A stretch of 64,000 bases of DNA from an uncultured Bdellovibrio sp. (GTDB lineage: Bacteria > Bdellovibrionota > Bdellovibrionia > Bdellovibrionales > Bdellovibrionaceae): NCBI GenBank assembly GCA_963932905.1, contig CAWVRN010000017.1, forward strand, positions 1 to 64,000, read 5' to 3'. Shown here in pieces: positions 36,855-46,350 of this stretch; within the stretch, counting starts at the first letter, position 1; every line of letters begins with the position of its first letter. A program made the position numbers and the translations under genes. The notes beneath the pieces are model-generated. The model had not been told where the DNA came from. It did not search any database and was given only the letters and a program-made list of their open reading frames with translations.

Positions 36855-39317
36855 ATGACACGATTTAACACAACATTGACCTGCTTTTTTTTGAGTCTGA
36901 TTTTTTCCGTAAATCCGTCATTGGCGCAACAAAACACGCCAACTAAAAAAGCAAAACCAGCTGCAAAAACGGCGGCCAAAACGGCGTCTAAGAAAAATTC
37001 AAATCTAAAAAAAGTAGATTCTGTATCTTTAGGTGAAACGGTTGTTGTTAGTGACATCAAAGTCGACGGTCAAAAGAAAATAGAAAAAGATTCTATCACA
37101 AGCCGATTGAAAATGAAGAAAGGTCAAAGCTATTCTTCAACTGATTTCAAAACGACGGTTCGTGAAGACATTGCGACTTTATTCAAAACTGGTTTTTTCT
37201 CGAACGTTGAAGTTTATCTTGAAAGTGTAGGCAGCGACAAAGTTGTCCAATTCAAAGTTAAAGAAAAACCATCGGTCAGTGAAATCGTTTGGGATGGTGT
37301 TTCTGAAGACGTTAAAAAAGAAGAACTAAATGATGCCCTTGGTATCAAATCTTACGAAATCCTGAACATCACTAAGCTAAAAGAAGGCCAAGAGAAAGTT
37401 CAAAAATTCTACGAAGACAAAGGTTATTTTTTAGCTAAAATCGATTACGCGATCGAAGACGTAGTTAAAGACGAAACCGTTCGTATCAAAGTGACTGTTA
37501 AACAAAACGACCGAGTGAAAGTAAAAAAGATCACCTTCCTAGGTAACAAAAAAGTGCCATCATCACAATTGATCATCGATCAGTTAGTGGCAGAAGAAGG
37601 ATACTTCACTGGTTTGTCTGGTTCTGGTCAGTTCAAGCAAGATATGTTTGAGCGTTGGATTCAGGGTATTCGTTTTATTTATTTCAATAAAGGTTTCATC
37701 CAAGCTAAAATTGACCGTCCTCAGGTGACCGTAACGCCAGATAAAAAAGGCATCTACATCACGATCAACATCGACGAAGGTGAATCATTTGATGTTGGAG
37801 ATATCGAATTCTCGGGCGACGTATTGTTCTCGCGCCAAGAATTGCTTGATGTCATGAAACTGGATGAAAACAAAGTATTCGCCTACGATGTTTTGCAAAA
37901 AGACTTAGCAGACCTTCAAGCGAAATACGGGGATTTGGGTTATGCATTTGCCAACGTAAATCCACAATGGAAGGTAAAAGAAGCGGAACGTAAAGTCGAC
38001 ATCGTGTTCGATTTTGATAAAGGCACAAAAGTGTACTTCGGGCGGATCAACGTTGTTTCTAATACGAAAACACGCGATAAAGTTGTTCGTCGTGAATTGA
38101 AAATCAAAGAGGGCGAACTGTATAATGAAACTCGTCGTCGCTTATCATTAGAGAACATTCAGCGGTTGGGTTTCTTTGATGAAGTGAACTTTAAAACGTC
38201 GACGCCTCCAGATAAATTAGACATCCTTAATATCGACATCACCGTAAAAGAACGTAACACGGGGCAAATCCAATTGGGTGCTGGTTATGGTTCGGCTCAA
38301 GGTTTCACATTGCAAGGTAGTGTTCAGCAGACCAACTTTATGGGGCGTGGACAAAACTTAGGGGTCAGCTTAAATTTAGCGTCTCAGTATTCGGTATATG
38401 ACTTCACATTCACAGAGCCTTATTTCCGCGATTCATTGTGGTCACTGGGTTTCCGCGTATTCCGCAGTGAGAATACTGGTCGTCTGGATTACAACGAAAC
38501 GCGTACGGGGGGATCGTTGTTCCTGGGGTACCCACTTGGTGACTACTTACGATTGAACACTAGCTACACCTACACAGCGACTAAATTAACGAATGTTGTG
38601 GATGCGGCTGGAAATAACATTACCGATTACGACTTGTTCCCGCTGCAAACAGCGCAAGGGGACTCTGGTTTGTTAGGTGTTAGTTTAGATTACGACACTC
38701 GTAATGATCGTTTCCGCCCAACTAAAGGTATTTATGCCCGTTTGGGTTATTCTTTAACAGGTCCATTTGGTGGAAATTTAGAATACTATAAAGGAAATGC
38801 AGATTTCCGTTTCTTTAAAACATTGTTCTGGGATGTCGTATTCAGAAACTCGATTTCGTACGCGCGTATCGAATCAACAAATCCTGATCGCCTGCCGCCA
38901 TTCAATGAATTGTACTTGCTGGGTGGACCGTACAGCTTGCGTGGTTACCGTTATGGCCGTGTCGGACGACAAGTTAAATCGACTAAAATTGAAAATGAAT
39001 TAAAAGCTATTGTTCCACCAGTCAGCGATATCGAAGAAAAATCGAAACGTTATTACGGTGGTGCTCAACAGCTTATGTATCAAGGTGAATTATTATTCCC
39101 ATTGATTCGTGAAGCACAAATGTACGGCGTAGCTTTCTACGATGTGGGTCAGGCCGAGGATACTATCACTGATGATCGATTGTTTGCCGATACCGGCTTT
39201 GGTATTCGATGGTTCTCGCCAATCGGTCCGCTGCGTTTTGAGTGGGGTTTCCCTTTAAATCGTGAGTATTTACATGAAGCGGTCGTATTCGAATTTTCTA
39301 TCGGTACCCCATTTTAG
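36855..39317 (+). CDS. bamA: Outer-membrane protein assembly factor BamA
   Basis: Signal peptide, POTRA repeats, LRGY, WFSPIGPL, C-terminal Phe. Confidence 0.96.
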   Translation: MTRFNTTLTCFFLSLIFSVNPSLAQQNTPTKKAKPAAKTAAKTASKKNSNLKKVDSVSLGETVVVSDIKVDGQKKIEKDSITSRLKMKKGQSYSSTDFKTTVREDIATLFKTGFFSNVEVYLESVGSDKVVQFKVKEKPSVSEIVWDGVSEDVKKEELNDALGIKSYEILNITKLKEGQEKVQKFYEDKGYFLAKIDYAIEDVVKDETVRIKVTVKQNDRVKVKKITFLGNKKVPSSQLIIDQLVAEEGYFTGLSGSGQFKQDMFERWIQGIRFIYFNKGFIQAKIDRPQVTVTPDKKGIYITINIDEGESFDVGDIEFSGDVLFSRQELLDVMKLDENKVFAYDVLQKDLADLQAKYGDLGYAFANVNPQWKVKEAERKVDIVFDFDKGTKVYFGRINVVSNTKTRDKVVRRELKIKEGELYNETRRRLSLENIQRLGFFDEVNFKTSTPPDKLDILNIDITVKERNTGQIQLGAGYGSAQGFTLQGSVQQTNFMGRGQNLGVSLNLASQYSVYDFTFTEPYFRDSLWSLGFRVFRSENTGRLDYNETRTGGSLFLGYPLGDYLRLNTSYTYTATKLTNVVDAAGNNITDYDLFPLQTAQGDSGLLGVSLDYDTRNDRFRPTKGIYARLGYSLTGPFGGNLEYYKGNADFRFFKTLFWDVVFRNSISYARIESTNPDRLPPFNELYLLGGPYSLRGYRYGRVGRQVKSTKIENELKAIVPPVSDIEEKSKRYYGGAQQLMYQGELLFPLIREAQMYGVAFYDVGQAEDTITDDRLFADTGFGIRWFSPIGPLRFEWGFPLNREYLHEAVVFEFSIGTPF

Positions 39318-39386
39318 GGTTAGACACGGGTAGTTTTTTAAACTAGGCTTATATTTAATTCAGTGCATGAAAAATAGGAGAAATAA

Positions 39387-39893
39387 ATGACAAAGTCATT
39401 ATTATCATTGGTAGCCGTAGTTGGTTTTTCATTTAGTACATACGCCGCAGAATTCAAAGCGGGTGTTGTTAATTTGCAAAAAGCAATTCAATCAACTTCA
39501 GCTGGAAAAAAAGCTAAAACAGAATTAGAAGCTGATTTCGAGAAAAAGAAAAAAGACCTGCAAAAGAAAGAGGGCGACCTAAAGAAAATGCAGGAAGATA
39601 TCGAGAAAAAGAAAAGCGTTCTTTCCGAAGAAGTTTTAGCTAAGAAACAAGACGAATTCCGCGAAGAAATGATGAAGTTTCAACAAGTAGTTCAAAAGAA
39701 CCAAGGTGAAATTCAAAAGAAAGAACAAGAATTGACTCAACCAATTTTAGAGAAAATGAAAAAAATCATCGAGAAAATGTCTAAAGATAAAGGCTACTCA
39801 ATGGTTCTTGAAAACACAGCTATGGTTCTATACGTAGAATCTGCTCACGACTTAACTGACGAAGTTGTTAAGGCATTTGAAAAAGAAAAATAA
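39387..39893 (+). CDS. skp: Skp/OmpH periplasmic chaperone
   Basis: Signal peptide, coiled coil, DLTDEV; follows bamA. Confidence 0.92.
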   Translation: MTKSLLSLVAVVGFSFSTYAAEFKAGVVNLQKAIQSTSAGKKAKTELEADFEKKKKDLQKKEGDLKKMQEDIEKKKSVLSEEVLAKKQDEFREEMMKFQQVVQKNQGEIQKKEQELTQPILEKMKKIIEKMSKDKGYSMVLENTAMVLYVESAHDLTDEVVKAFEKEK

Positions 39894-39895
39894 AT

Positions 39896-40708
39896 ATGAA
39901 AGTACATCCCTCAAGTATCCTAAGTCCCGATGTGGAATTAGGACCTGATGTTGAAATTGGTCCCTATTGCTTAATCCAAGGAAAAGTTAAAATTGGAAAA
40001 GGGACCATTATCGAAGGTCACGCGACAGTAGGCTCTCGGTACGGTGTGATCGAACTTGGTGAAAATAATCACATTTTTCCCGGCGCCGTTATCGGTGGTC
40101 CTCCTCAGGACATCACTTACAAATCCGAACCAACTCAATTGATCATTGGTAACAACAATACATTTCGTGAATTTTCTACTGTTAACTTAGCGACAAGTAA
40201 AGGTGATGGAAAAACAGAAATGGGTAATAACTGTTATATGATGGCCTACACTCACGTGGGTCATGATTGCAAAATCGGGAACAATGTTATCATTGCCAAT
40301 GACACCCATATTGGTGGTCACTGTATCATTGAAGACAGCGTAACGATTGGTGGTGTGTGTGCGTTTAATCAATTCACTCGCGTTGGTAAAAATGCATTCA
40401 TCGCAGGTAGTTCAGTTATCAACAAAGACATTCTGCCGTATAGCCGCGCGCAAGGAACTTATGCCCTAGTTCGAGCCACTAATAAAGTTGGTTTGGCTAG
40501 AAAAGGTTTTTCTAAAGAAGAAGTGAGCAACGTTCACAAGGCCATTCGTATTTTCATTATGGGCAGCAATACTTTGGATGAAGCGTACGAGCGTATTGCC
40601 AAAGAATGTGCACCATCAGAAAATATCAATTACTTGATACAATTCGTAAAACAATCAAAACGTGGAATTGCGATTGCTAGAGGAAATAGTTCTGAATTAG
40701 AGGATTAG
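39896..40708 (+). CDS. lpxA: Acyl-ACP--UDP-N-acetylglucosamine acyltransferase
   Basis: Hexapeptide repeats, GGPPQD, HVGHDC. Confidence 0.93.
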   Translation: MKVHPSSILSPDVELGPDVEIGPYCLIQGKVKIGKGTIIEGHATVGSRYGVIELGENNHIFPGAVIGGPPQDITYKSEPTQLIIGNNNTFREFSTVNLATSKGDGKTEMGNNCYMMAYTHVGHDCKIGNNVIIANDTHIGGHCIIEDSVTIGGVCAFNQFTRVGKNAFIAGSSVINKDILPYSRAQGTYALVRATNKVGLARKGFSKEEVSNVHKAIRIFIMGSNTLDEAYERIAKECAPSENINYLIQFVKQSKRGIAIARGNSSELED

Positions 40709-40710
40709 AA

Positions 40711-41661
40711 ATGAAAAAATTACGAGCCGCAGTGGTTGGCGTAGGTTACCTTGGTAATTTTCACGCGCAGAAATACAAAAACAATCCCCACTGCGAATTG
40801 GTGGGTGTCTGTGATGCCAGCCAAGAGCAAGCTCAGAAAATTGCGACCGCCTTGGGTACAACAGCGTACACGAATCCTAAAGATCTAATTGGTAAAGTTG
40901 ACCTGGTCACAATCGCAACATCAACTCGTTTTCACTATGAACTAGCGATGATGTTTGTTGATGCGGGCATTCCGGTGAACGTTGAAAAACCAATGACGGC
41001 GACACTGGAACAGGCTGAAAAATTATTTGAAGCCAGCGAAAAGAAAAAATCATTCTTAACAGTCGGTCATATTGAACGCTTCAATCCATCCATCAACGAA
41101 GTCATTAAGCAAATGAAAGGCGAAACTAATCATTTTGAATTAACTCGTTGGGCTCCGTTTAACTTACGTGGTTCCGATGTTTCTGTTGTTTTTGACTTAA
41201 TGATTCACGATATAGATTTGATGTTCTGGTTATGCGACAACGCAAAAGTGACGAATCATTCAGCTCATGGCGATGTCATCGTTTCTAAAGAACCTGATTC
41301 CGTGACTGGCCATTTTGACTTGGCTTTATCGAATGGAACAAAAAAATCAGTTTACATGTCGATCAATCGCGCTAGCGGTAAAGGCGTTCGTCAGTTAAAA
41401 GCCTACGGCACAAAGAAAACGATCATGGCAAATACCGGAACTCACGATGTCGAGATGTATGAATTCAACGCCGGCGCTGAAAAAGTCGAAGATAAAATTA
41501 AAACAACGAACTGGTCAGTAGCCAAAGTGGATGCGCTTCAAGAAGAAACGAATCATTTCGTTGATTGTATTTTGAATAGTAAAAAATCATTGATCACGGC
41601 CGAAGATGGTCTGCGCGCTATGATCTGGGCCGATAAAATCGATAAACAAATCAGAAAATGA
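40711..41661 (+). CDS. Gfo/Idh/MocA oxidoreductase, probable UDP-GlcNAc 3-dehydrogenase (GnnA-like)
   Basis: GVGYLGNFHAQKY, VEKP, GHIERFNP, DLMIHDID; located between lpxA and lpxB. Confidence 0.8.
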   Translation: MKKLRAAVVGVGYLGNFHAQKYKNNPHCELVGVCDASQEQAQKIATALGTTAYTNPKDLIGKVDLVTIATSTRFHYELAMMFVDAGIPVNVEKPMTATLEQAEKLFEASEKKKSFLTVGHIERFNPSINEVIKQMKGETNHFELTRWAPFNLRGSDVSVVFDLMIHDIDLMFWLCDNAKVTNHSAHGDVIVSKEPDSVTGHFDLALSNGTKKSVYMSINRASGKGVRQLKAYGTKKTIMANTGTHDVEMYEFNAGAEKVEDKIKTTNWSVAKVDALQEETNHFVDCILNSKKSLITAEDGLRAMIWADKIDKQIRK

Positions 41662-42815
41662 ATAAAACATCGGTATTGATCATTTCCGCAGAGGCTTCTT
41701 CTGTTCTGTATGCTCAGCGAATTCTTGAGTTATGGAAGAAGAATGGCACTGAGGTCGATGCCTATGGAGTTGGTTCCAATGACATGGAAAAATTGGGATT
41801 TCGCAGATTTGGTCGTTCGGAAGACATGGCCGTCGTGGGTATGGCCGAAGTCATCAGACATTACAGCGCTATCAAAAAAGTTTTTTATGATGTCTTAGCT
41901 GAAATTGATAGAAACCCGCCAAAAGTAGCCGTACTTCTAGACTATCCGGGATTTAACTTAAGATTAGCCAAAGAATTAAAACAAAGAAATATTCCCGTCG
42001 TGTATTACATTGCGCCTCAGGTGTGGGCGTGGAAGCAAAAACGAGTACATAAAATTAAAGCCTATTGTGATAAAGTGTTGTTGCTATTCCCATTCGAGAT
42101 AGATTTTTTCAAAAAACATGAAGTGCCATTTGAATTTGTCGGAAATCCTTTATTGGATGAATTGAAGCCAGAATGGACCGATGAAAAATGGATCATGAGC
42201 GAGCGACGTCGTTGTGGAATTCAAGACAATGAAATTGTATTGGGGATTATGCCGGGTTCGCGTCACGGGGAACTACAGCAAATGTTTCCAATGCTTCTTG
42301 AGGTAGCTCGCCGACTAAGTCACAAAGTTTCTAATTTGAAAATTATGATTCTGTGTGCCCCAAGCTTTGAAAAAGAAGAACTGATGCCATATCTGGAAAA
42401 TTTCAAAGTTAATTTTATCCTGATGAAAACCGAGCCTTTCAAGATGATTTCGATGACGGACATGATCTTAGGATCGTCTGGTACGGCAACATTGATGGTG
42501 GGCTTGGTAGAAAAACCAATGGTAACCATGTATAAAATGAAGTGGTTGTCAGGTGTCCTTGCAAAGTGGATGGTTAAAGGAATTAAGTATTTTAATTTGT
42601 GCAATATGATTTTGGACGAAGAAGTCAGTCCCGAACGGTTTCAAGAACGGGCGACAGCGGATGAAATGGAACGTTTAGTATTTGAATTGATTTCCAATCC
42701 TGAAGTTTATGCAACTCAAAAACGTAAATTAAAAGAAGTTAGAAATCGTTTGGGCCAAAGTGGTGTTACGGAACGGGTCGTTCGCATACTTAATTCCTAC
42801 ATCGAGTCTAAGTGA
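41658..42815 (+). CDS. lpxB: Lipid-A-disaccharide synthase
   Basis: DYPGFN, PQVWAW, PGSR, SGTATL. Confidence 0.95.
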   Translation: MNKTSVLIISAEASSVLYAQRILELWKKNGTEVDAYGVGSNDMEKLGFRRFGRSEDMAVVGMAEVIRHYSAIKKVFYDVLAEIDRNPPKVAVLLDYPGFNLRLAKELKQRNIPVVYYIAPQVWAWKQKRVHKIKAYCDKVLLLFPFEIDFFKKHEVPFEFVGNPLLDELKPEWTDEKWIMSERRRCGIQDNEIVLGIMPGSRHGELQQMFPMLLEVARRLSHKVSNLKIMILCAPSFEKEELMPYLENFKVNFILMKTEPFKMISMTDMILGSSGTATLMVGLVEKPMVTMYKMKWLSGVLAKWMVKGIKYFNLCNMILDEEVSPERFQERATADEMERLVFELISNPEVYATQKRKLKEVRNRLGQSGVTERVVRILNSYIESK

Positions 42816-43951
42816 TGAAAAAAACGACGGAGCCTAAATTAACATCTTCGGAATTGTTTCCAGATATTGAAGCGGACCGAAAATATTTCTTTTTGATCTT
42901 GTGGCTGCTGAGCCTAATTTCCTATATCTATCGAGCTTTGGTCACTTTGAATTTTTGGATCTATAAAAAGGGTTTTAAGAAAGTTACGACCTTGTCGGTA
43001 CCAGTTGTGAGTGTAGGTAATTTAACTGTTGGTGGTACAGGGAAAACGCCAATTTTAATTTACCTTGCTAACTTGATGAAACTAAGTGGTAAACGAGTCG
43101 GTATCGTGAGTCGTAACTATAAATCCTCAACAAAAGAAATTGTGAAAGTCAATCCTGGTAGTAGTTCTGAAGTTTCAGATGGAATGTTATTTGGTGATGA
43201 ACCACTTTTGATTTATCAGCAAACGGGTGTACCTGTGTATGTTGGACCACGAAAAGTCGATACGGCCAAAGAATTGGTTAGGACTGAAAAAATTGACACT
43301 GTATTAATTGATGATGGATTTCAACATTTACCACTTAAAAAAAATTGTAATATTTTGCTTTGTGATGTGACTCAAATGGATGAATCAAATCATTTACTTC
43401 CCCGCGGTCGGTATCGTGAGCCATTTAGTGGCTATAGCAAGGCCAATATTATTTTTTGGACGAAAACAAATTTCATTCCCTCTGCAAGATTAGAAGAATT
43501 AAAAAAAATGGTTTCATTCGATGGCCTGCAAGTGGATTGGAAATTTGATTTAACGAAAGTGGAATTTCCAAATTTTCCCAATTTAAACTTTGATGTTCGA
43601 CAAAGATTTATAAATCCGGGTAAAAATGAATTTGCGTCTATTCGTCGTTTTGTTTTAGTGTCTGCGATTGCAAGACCTGAATATTTTAAAAAGATAGTTC
43701 AAGATCTGAATCCTAAAGTAGAGCTCGTCGAAAAGAAATTTCGAGATCACCATCCGTATTCTAAAGACGACTTAAAGACTATTCTAAACAAGCCTGTCAA
43801 TTTCCATCACTTTTTGACGACGGAAAAGGATTATACCAAACTTAAAGATATATGGCCAAGCGATGTTCCATTGGGTATTGTTAAATGGGAACCACGTCCT
43901 AATGTGGACGACCAAAAACTATATGAAATTGTTACTTCGTTTTTGCACTAA
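42812..43951 (+). CDS. lpxK: Tetraacyldisaccharide 4'-kinase
   Basis: VGNLTVGGTGKTP, GDEP, DDGFQH, TTEKD. Confidence 0.93.
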   Translation: MMKKTTEPKLTSSELFPDIEADRKYFFLILWLLSLISYIYRALVTLNFWIYKKGFKKVTTLSVPVVSVGNLTVGGTGKTPILIYLANLMKLSGKRVGIVSRNYKSSTKEIVKVNPGSSSEVSDGMLFGDEPLLIYQQTGVPVYVGPRKVDTAKELVRTEKIDTVLIDDGFQHLPLKKNCNILLCDVTQMDESNHLLPRGRYREPFSGYSKANIIFWTKTNFIPSARLEELKKMVSFDGLQVDWKFDLTKVEFPNFPNLNFDVRQRFINPGKNEFASIRRFVLVSAIARPEYFKKIVQDLNPKVELVEKKFRDHHPYSKDDLKTILNKPVNFHHFLTTEKDYTKLKDIWPSDVPLGIVKWEPRPNVDDQKLYEIVTSFLH

Positions 43952-44807
43952 TATCATTTCTGGGTTTTGCTACCTGATTGGGTGGCGAGCTAGTCGTTGG
44001 CTATTTGGCCTTCTTGGTATTTTATGGTTCGATATTTTGCGTATTCGAAGAAGAGACGTTGTTAGTCATATCGGTATTGTTTTTCCTAATTTGACCGAAA
44101 CCGAAAAAATAAAAATGGGCCGTCGAAGCATGCGTTTGCAAACGGGTGCCTTGGCCGATTTATTTTACATGCCTTACATGAATAAAGCATGGCGTGATAA
44201 GTACATTGTTTTTGAAGGTACAGAACACGTGGCCAGCGCACGCACTTTAGGCAAAGGTGTTTTGTTGTTGGGAATGCATATCGGAAGCGGTGATTTGGCC
44301 GCTAACATGATCACTGCAGAATTGGGTAACTTTCATTTGATTACGAAGTTAATGAAAAACAAGGTGCTGAACGATTTTTGGTTTTCGTTACGCGCCTATT
44401 ACGGCGTTAAGCATATAGAGCCTCATGGTGAGAAGACGCCATTTCAAATTTTGAAGGCGCTTAAATCCAATGGTTTAGTGGTGTTTGTACTGGATCAGTT
44501 CATGGGAAAACCATACGGTATTGAAACGACATTCTTTGATCGAAAAACGGGGACAGCCCAAGGTCTAGCTGTTTTTCATTTAAAAACGAAGGCTCCTGTC
44601 GTGCCGGTTTATTGTTACGAAGCCCCAGATGGCCGTGTTCACATAGTGTTTGAAGCCCCGTTGGTCTTGTCTGGCTTGGTATCGGATGGCAAAGAAGACA
44701 CGGTGGCGCGATTGACTCAATATTTTTGTAGTGTCACTGAAAGGATTATCCGAAAGCATCCAGAACATTGGATGTGGCTTCACAGACGATGGAAAAAATT
44801 TGAGTGA
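43923..44807 (+). CDS. lpxL: Lipid A lauroyl-type acyltransferase (LpxL/HtrB family)
   Basis: HxxxxD (HIGSGD), LDQ, PEHWMWLHRRWK. ATG 43923 preferred as start. Confidence 0.85.
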   Translation: MKLLLRFCTNIISGFCYLIGWRASRWLFGLLGILWFDILRIRRRDVVSHIGIVFPNLTETEKIKMGRRSMRLQTGALADLFYMPYMNKAWRDKYIVFEGTEHVASARTLGKGVLLLGMHIGSGDLAANMITAELGNFHLITKLMKNKVLNDFWFSLRAYYGVKHIEPHGEKTPFQILKALKSNGLVVFVLDQFMGKPYGIETTFFDRKTGTAQGLAVFHLKTKAPVVPVYCYEAPDGRVHIVFEAPLVLSGLVSDGKEDTVARLTQYFCSVTERIIRKHPEHWMWLHRRWKKFE

Positions 44808-44839
44808 TTACTGTCGGCAGATGATATTTAATAGAATCT

Positions 44840-45958
44840 GTGACCCGATTAGTACCTTTTTACCTTATACTGTTATTTTCTACCTATTTCTTAGGTAGTT
44901 GTACGTCTTCTTACTTAAAACTCGATCGAAAAGAAGAAGAGTTTAAAAAAAATGTCGAGTTCGATGAAAAAGTTAAAATTAAGGAACTTCCAGATACGTC
45001 ATCTGATGTAGCTGATATTCCTTCTGGTCCGCTGTTCTCAAAAGATGAATCTACAAAGACACCAGATAAGGTAGCGGCCAAAACTGGAGACGACAAGTCA
45101 AAGGCATCAGTAGCGAAAAAAGGAAAAAAGACTAAAAAAACTAAAGCCGAAAAAGCGGCCGAGAAAAAAGCAGAAGAAGCAGCTAAGACTGAAGTTCCTC
45201 CAGCAGCCGAACCAGAAATCGAAGACAAAGAAGGAATGGCTGGACGTCGTCCAGTTAAAGATCCTTTCCGTGTTGGTGAAGAAGTGATTCATGAGTTGCA
45301 TTACTTCAAAGTAGCCGCTGGTGAATTGCGATTAAAAGTGGGTCCGTTTGTTGAGGTCAATGGTCGTAAGTCATACACCTTCACCACTGAACTTGAATCT
45401 TCAAGTATGTTCTCTTCGTTTTATAGTGTAAAAGATTCGGCGACTACGTACGTGGATTATCTACAATTTGTTCCGCATGTGTTTACTTTAACGGTAAAGG
45501 AATCGGGTCAAATTAAGGACGCCAAAGGCTTGTTCGATATTCAGAATAATAAAGCTACTTACTGGGAAAAGAAATTCACTAAAAAGAACGGTGAAGAAGA
45601 ACAAAGGAAAGAATGGGAAATTCCGCCGTTTTCACAAAATGTATACAGCGCTGCTTATTACATGCGTTTATTCAAGTGGGAAATCGGCAAAGAATACTCG
45701 TTCCGCGTGGCTGATGCCGGCGAGAATATAGTTTTCAAGGGCAAAGCGATTCGCAAAGAAAAACTCGACACTGAAATCGGTGAATTCAATGCTATCGTGA
45801 TTAAACCAGAAATCTCGGTGAAGGGGATCTTTAAACCAATCGGCGATATTTATTTCTGGCTAAGTGATGACGAGCACAAATATATTCTTCGTATTGAATC
45901 TAGTATTAAGATTGGAACGATTGTTTCTGAAGTTATTAAGATAAATCCTGGTAAATAG
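44840..45958 (+). CDS. DUF3108-like lipoprotein
   Basis: Lipobox LGSC, Lys-rich linker, PFRVGE...YFKVAAG...FWLSDD...IKIG pattern. Confidence 0.7.
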   Translation: MTRLVPFYLILLFSTYFLGSCTSSYLKLDRKEEEFKKNVEFDEKVKIKELPDTSSDVADIPSGPLFSKDESTKTPDKVAAKTGDDKSKASVAKKGKKTKKTKAEKAAEKKAEEAAKTEVPPAAEPEIEDKEGMAGRRPVKDPFRVGEEVIHELHYFKVAAGELRLKVGPFVEVNGRKSYTFTTELESSSMFSSFYSVKDSATTYVDYLQFVPHVFTLTVKESGQIKDAKGLFDIQNNKATYWEKKFTKKNGEEEQRKEWEIPPFSQNVYSAAYYMRLFKWEIGKEYSFRVADAGENIVFKGKAIRKEKLDTEIGEFNAIVIKPEISVKGIFKPIGDIYFWLSDDEHKYILRIESSIKIGTIVSEVIKINPGK

Positions 45959-46089
45959 TCTTACTTAGCAGCCGATTCAAGTATGGATTTTATATTCGCT
46001 ACATGAGCATTTCCAATAAGTAAAACAACGTCAGGACCCGGGTAAATTAAATATAGATCTCTAAAAAGTTTAGACTGTTCGGGGCAAAA

Positions 46090-46326
46090 TTTGTTTTGGG
46101 TGATCAGACTTCTTTCTTTCAAATCTACAATCCAAGCTCGGTCTTCCTTTTGGGGTTTGGCATTTAAAGACATCAAAAAAATGAGTTCCGCAGACAGGCG
46201 TTCAGCGCGGGCGAGGACTGCCGAGGCTTTTTTGATGTCTTTAAATGCCAAACCCCAAAAGGAAGATCCCCGGTTCAACTCAAAACTAGATTTGGAAGAA
46301 AGAAGTCTGATCCCCCGAAATACAAA
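46090..46326. repeat. Long nested inverted-repeat element (REP/MITE-like)
   Basis: Perfect 39-bp IR 46142-46180/46228-46266; 25/26-bp IR 46102-46127/46287-46312; imperfect pairing out to about 46090/46326. Confidence 0.88.
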
Positions 46327-46350
46327 CTCGGGGGTTTTAAAAACTCAAGA

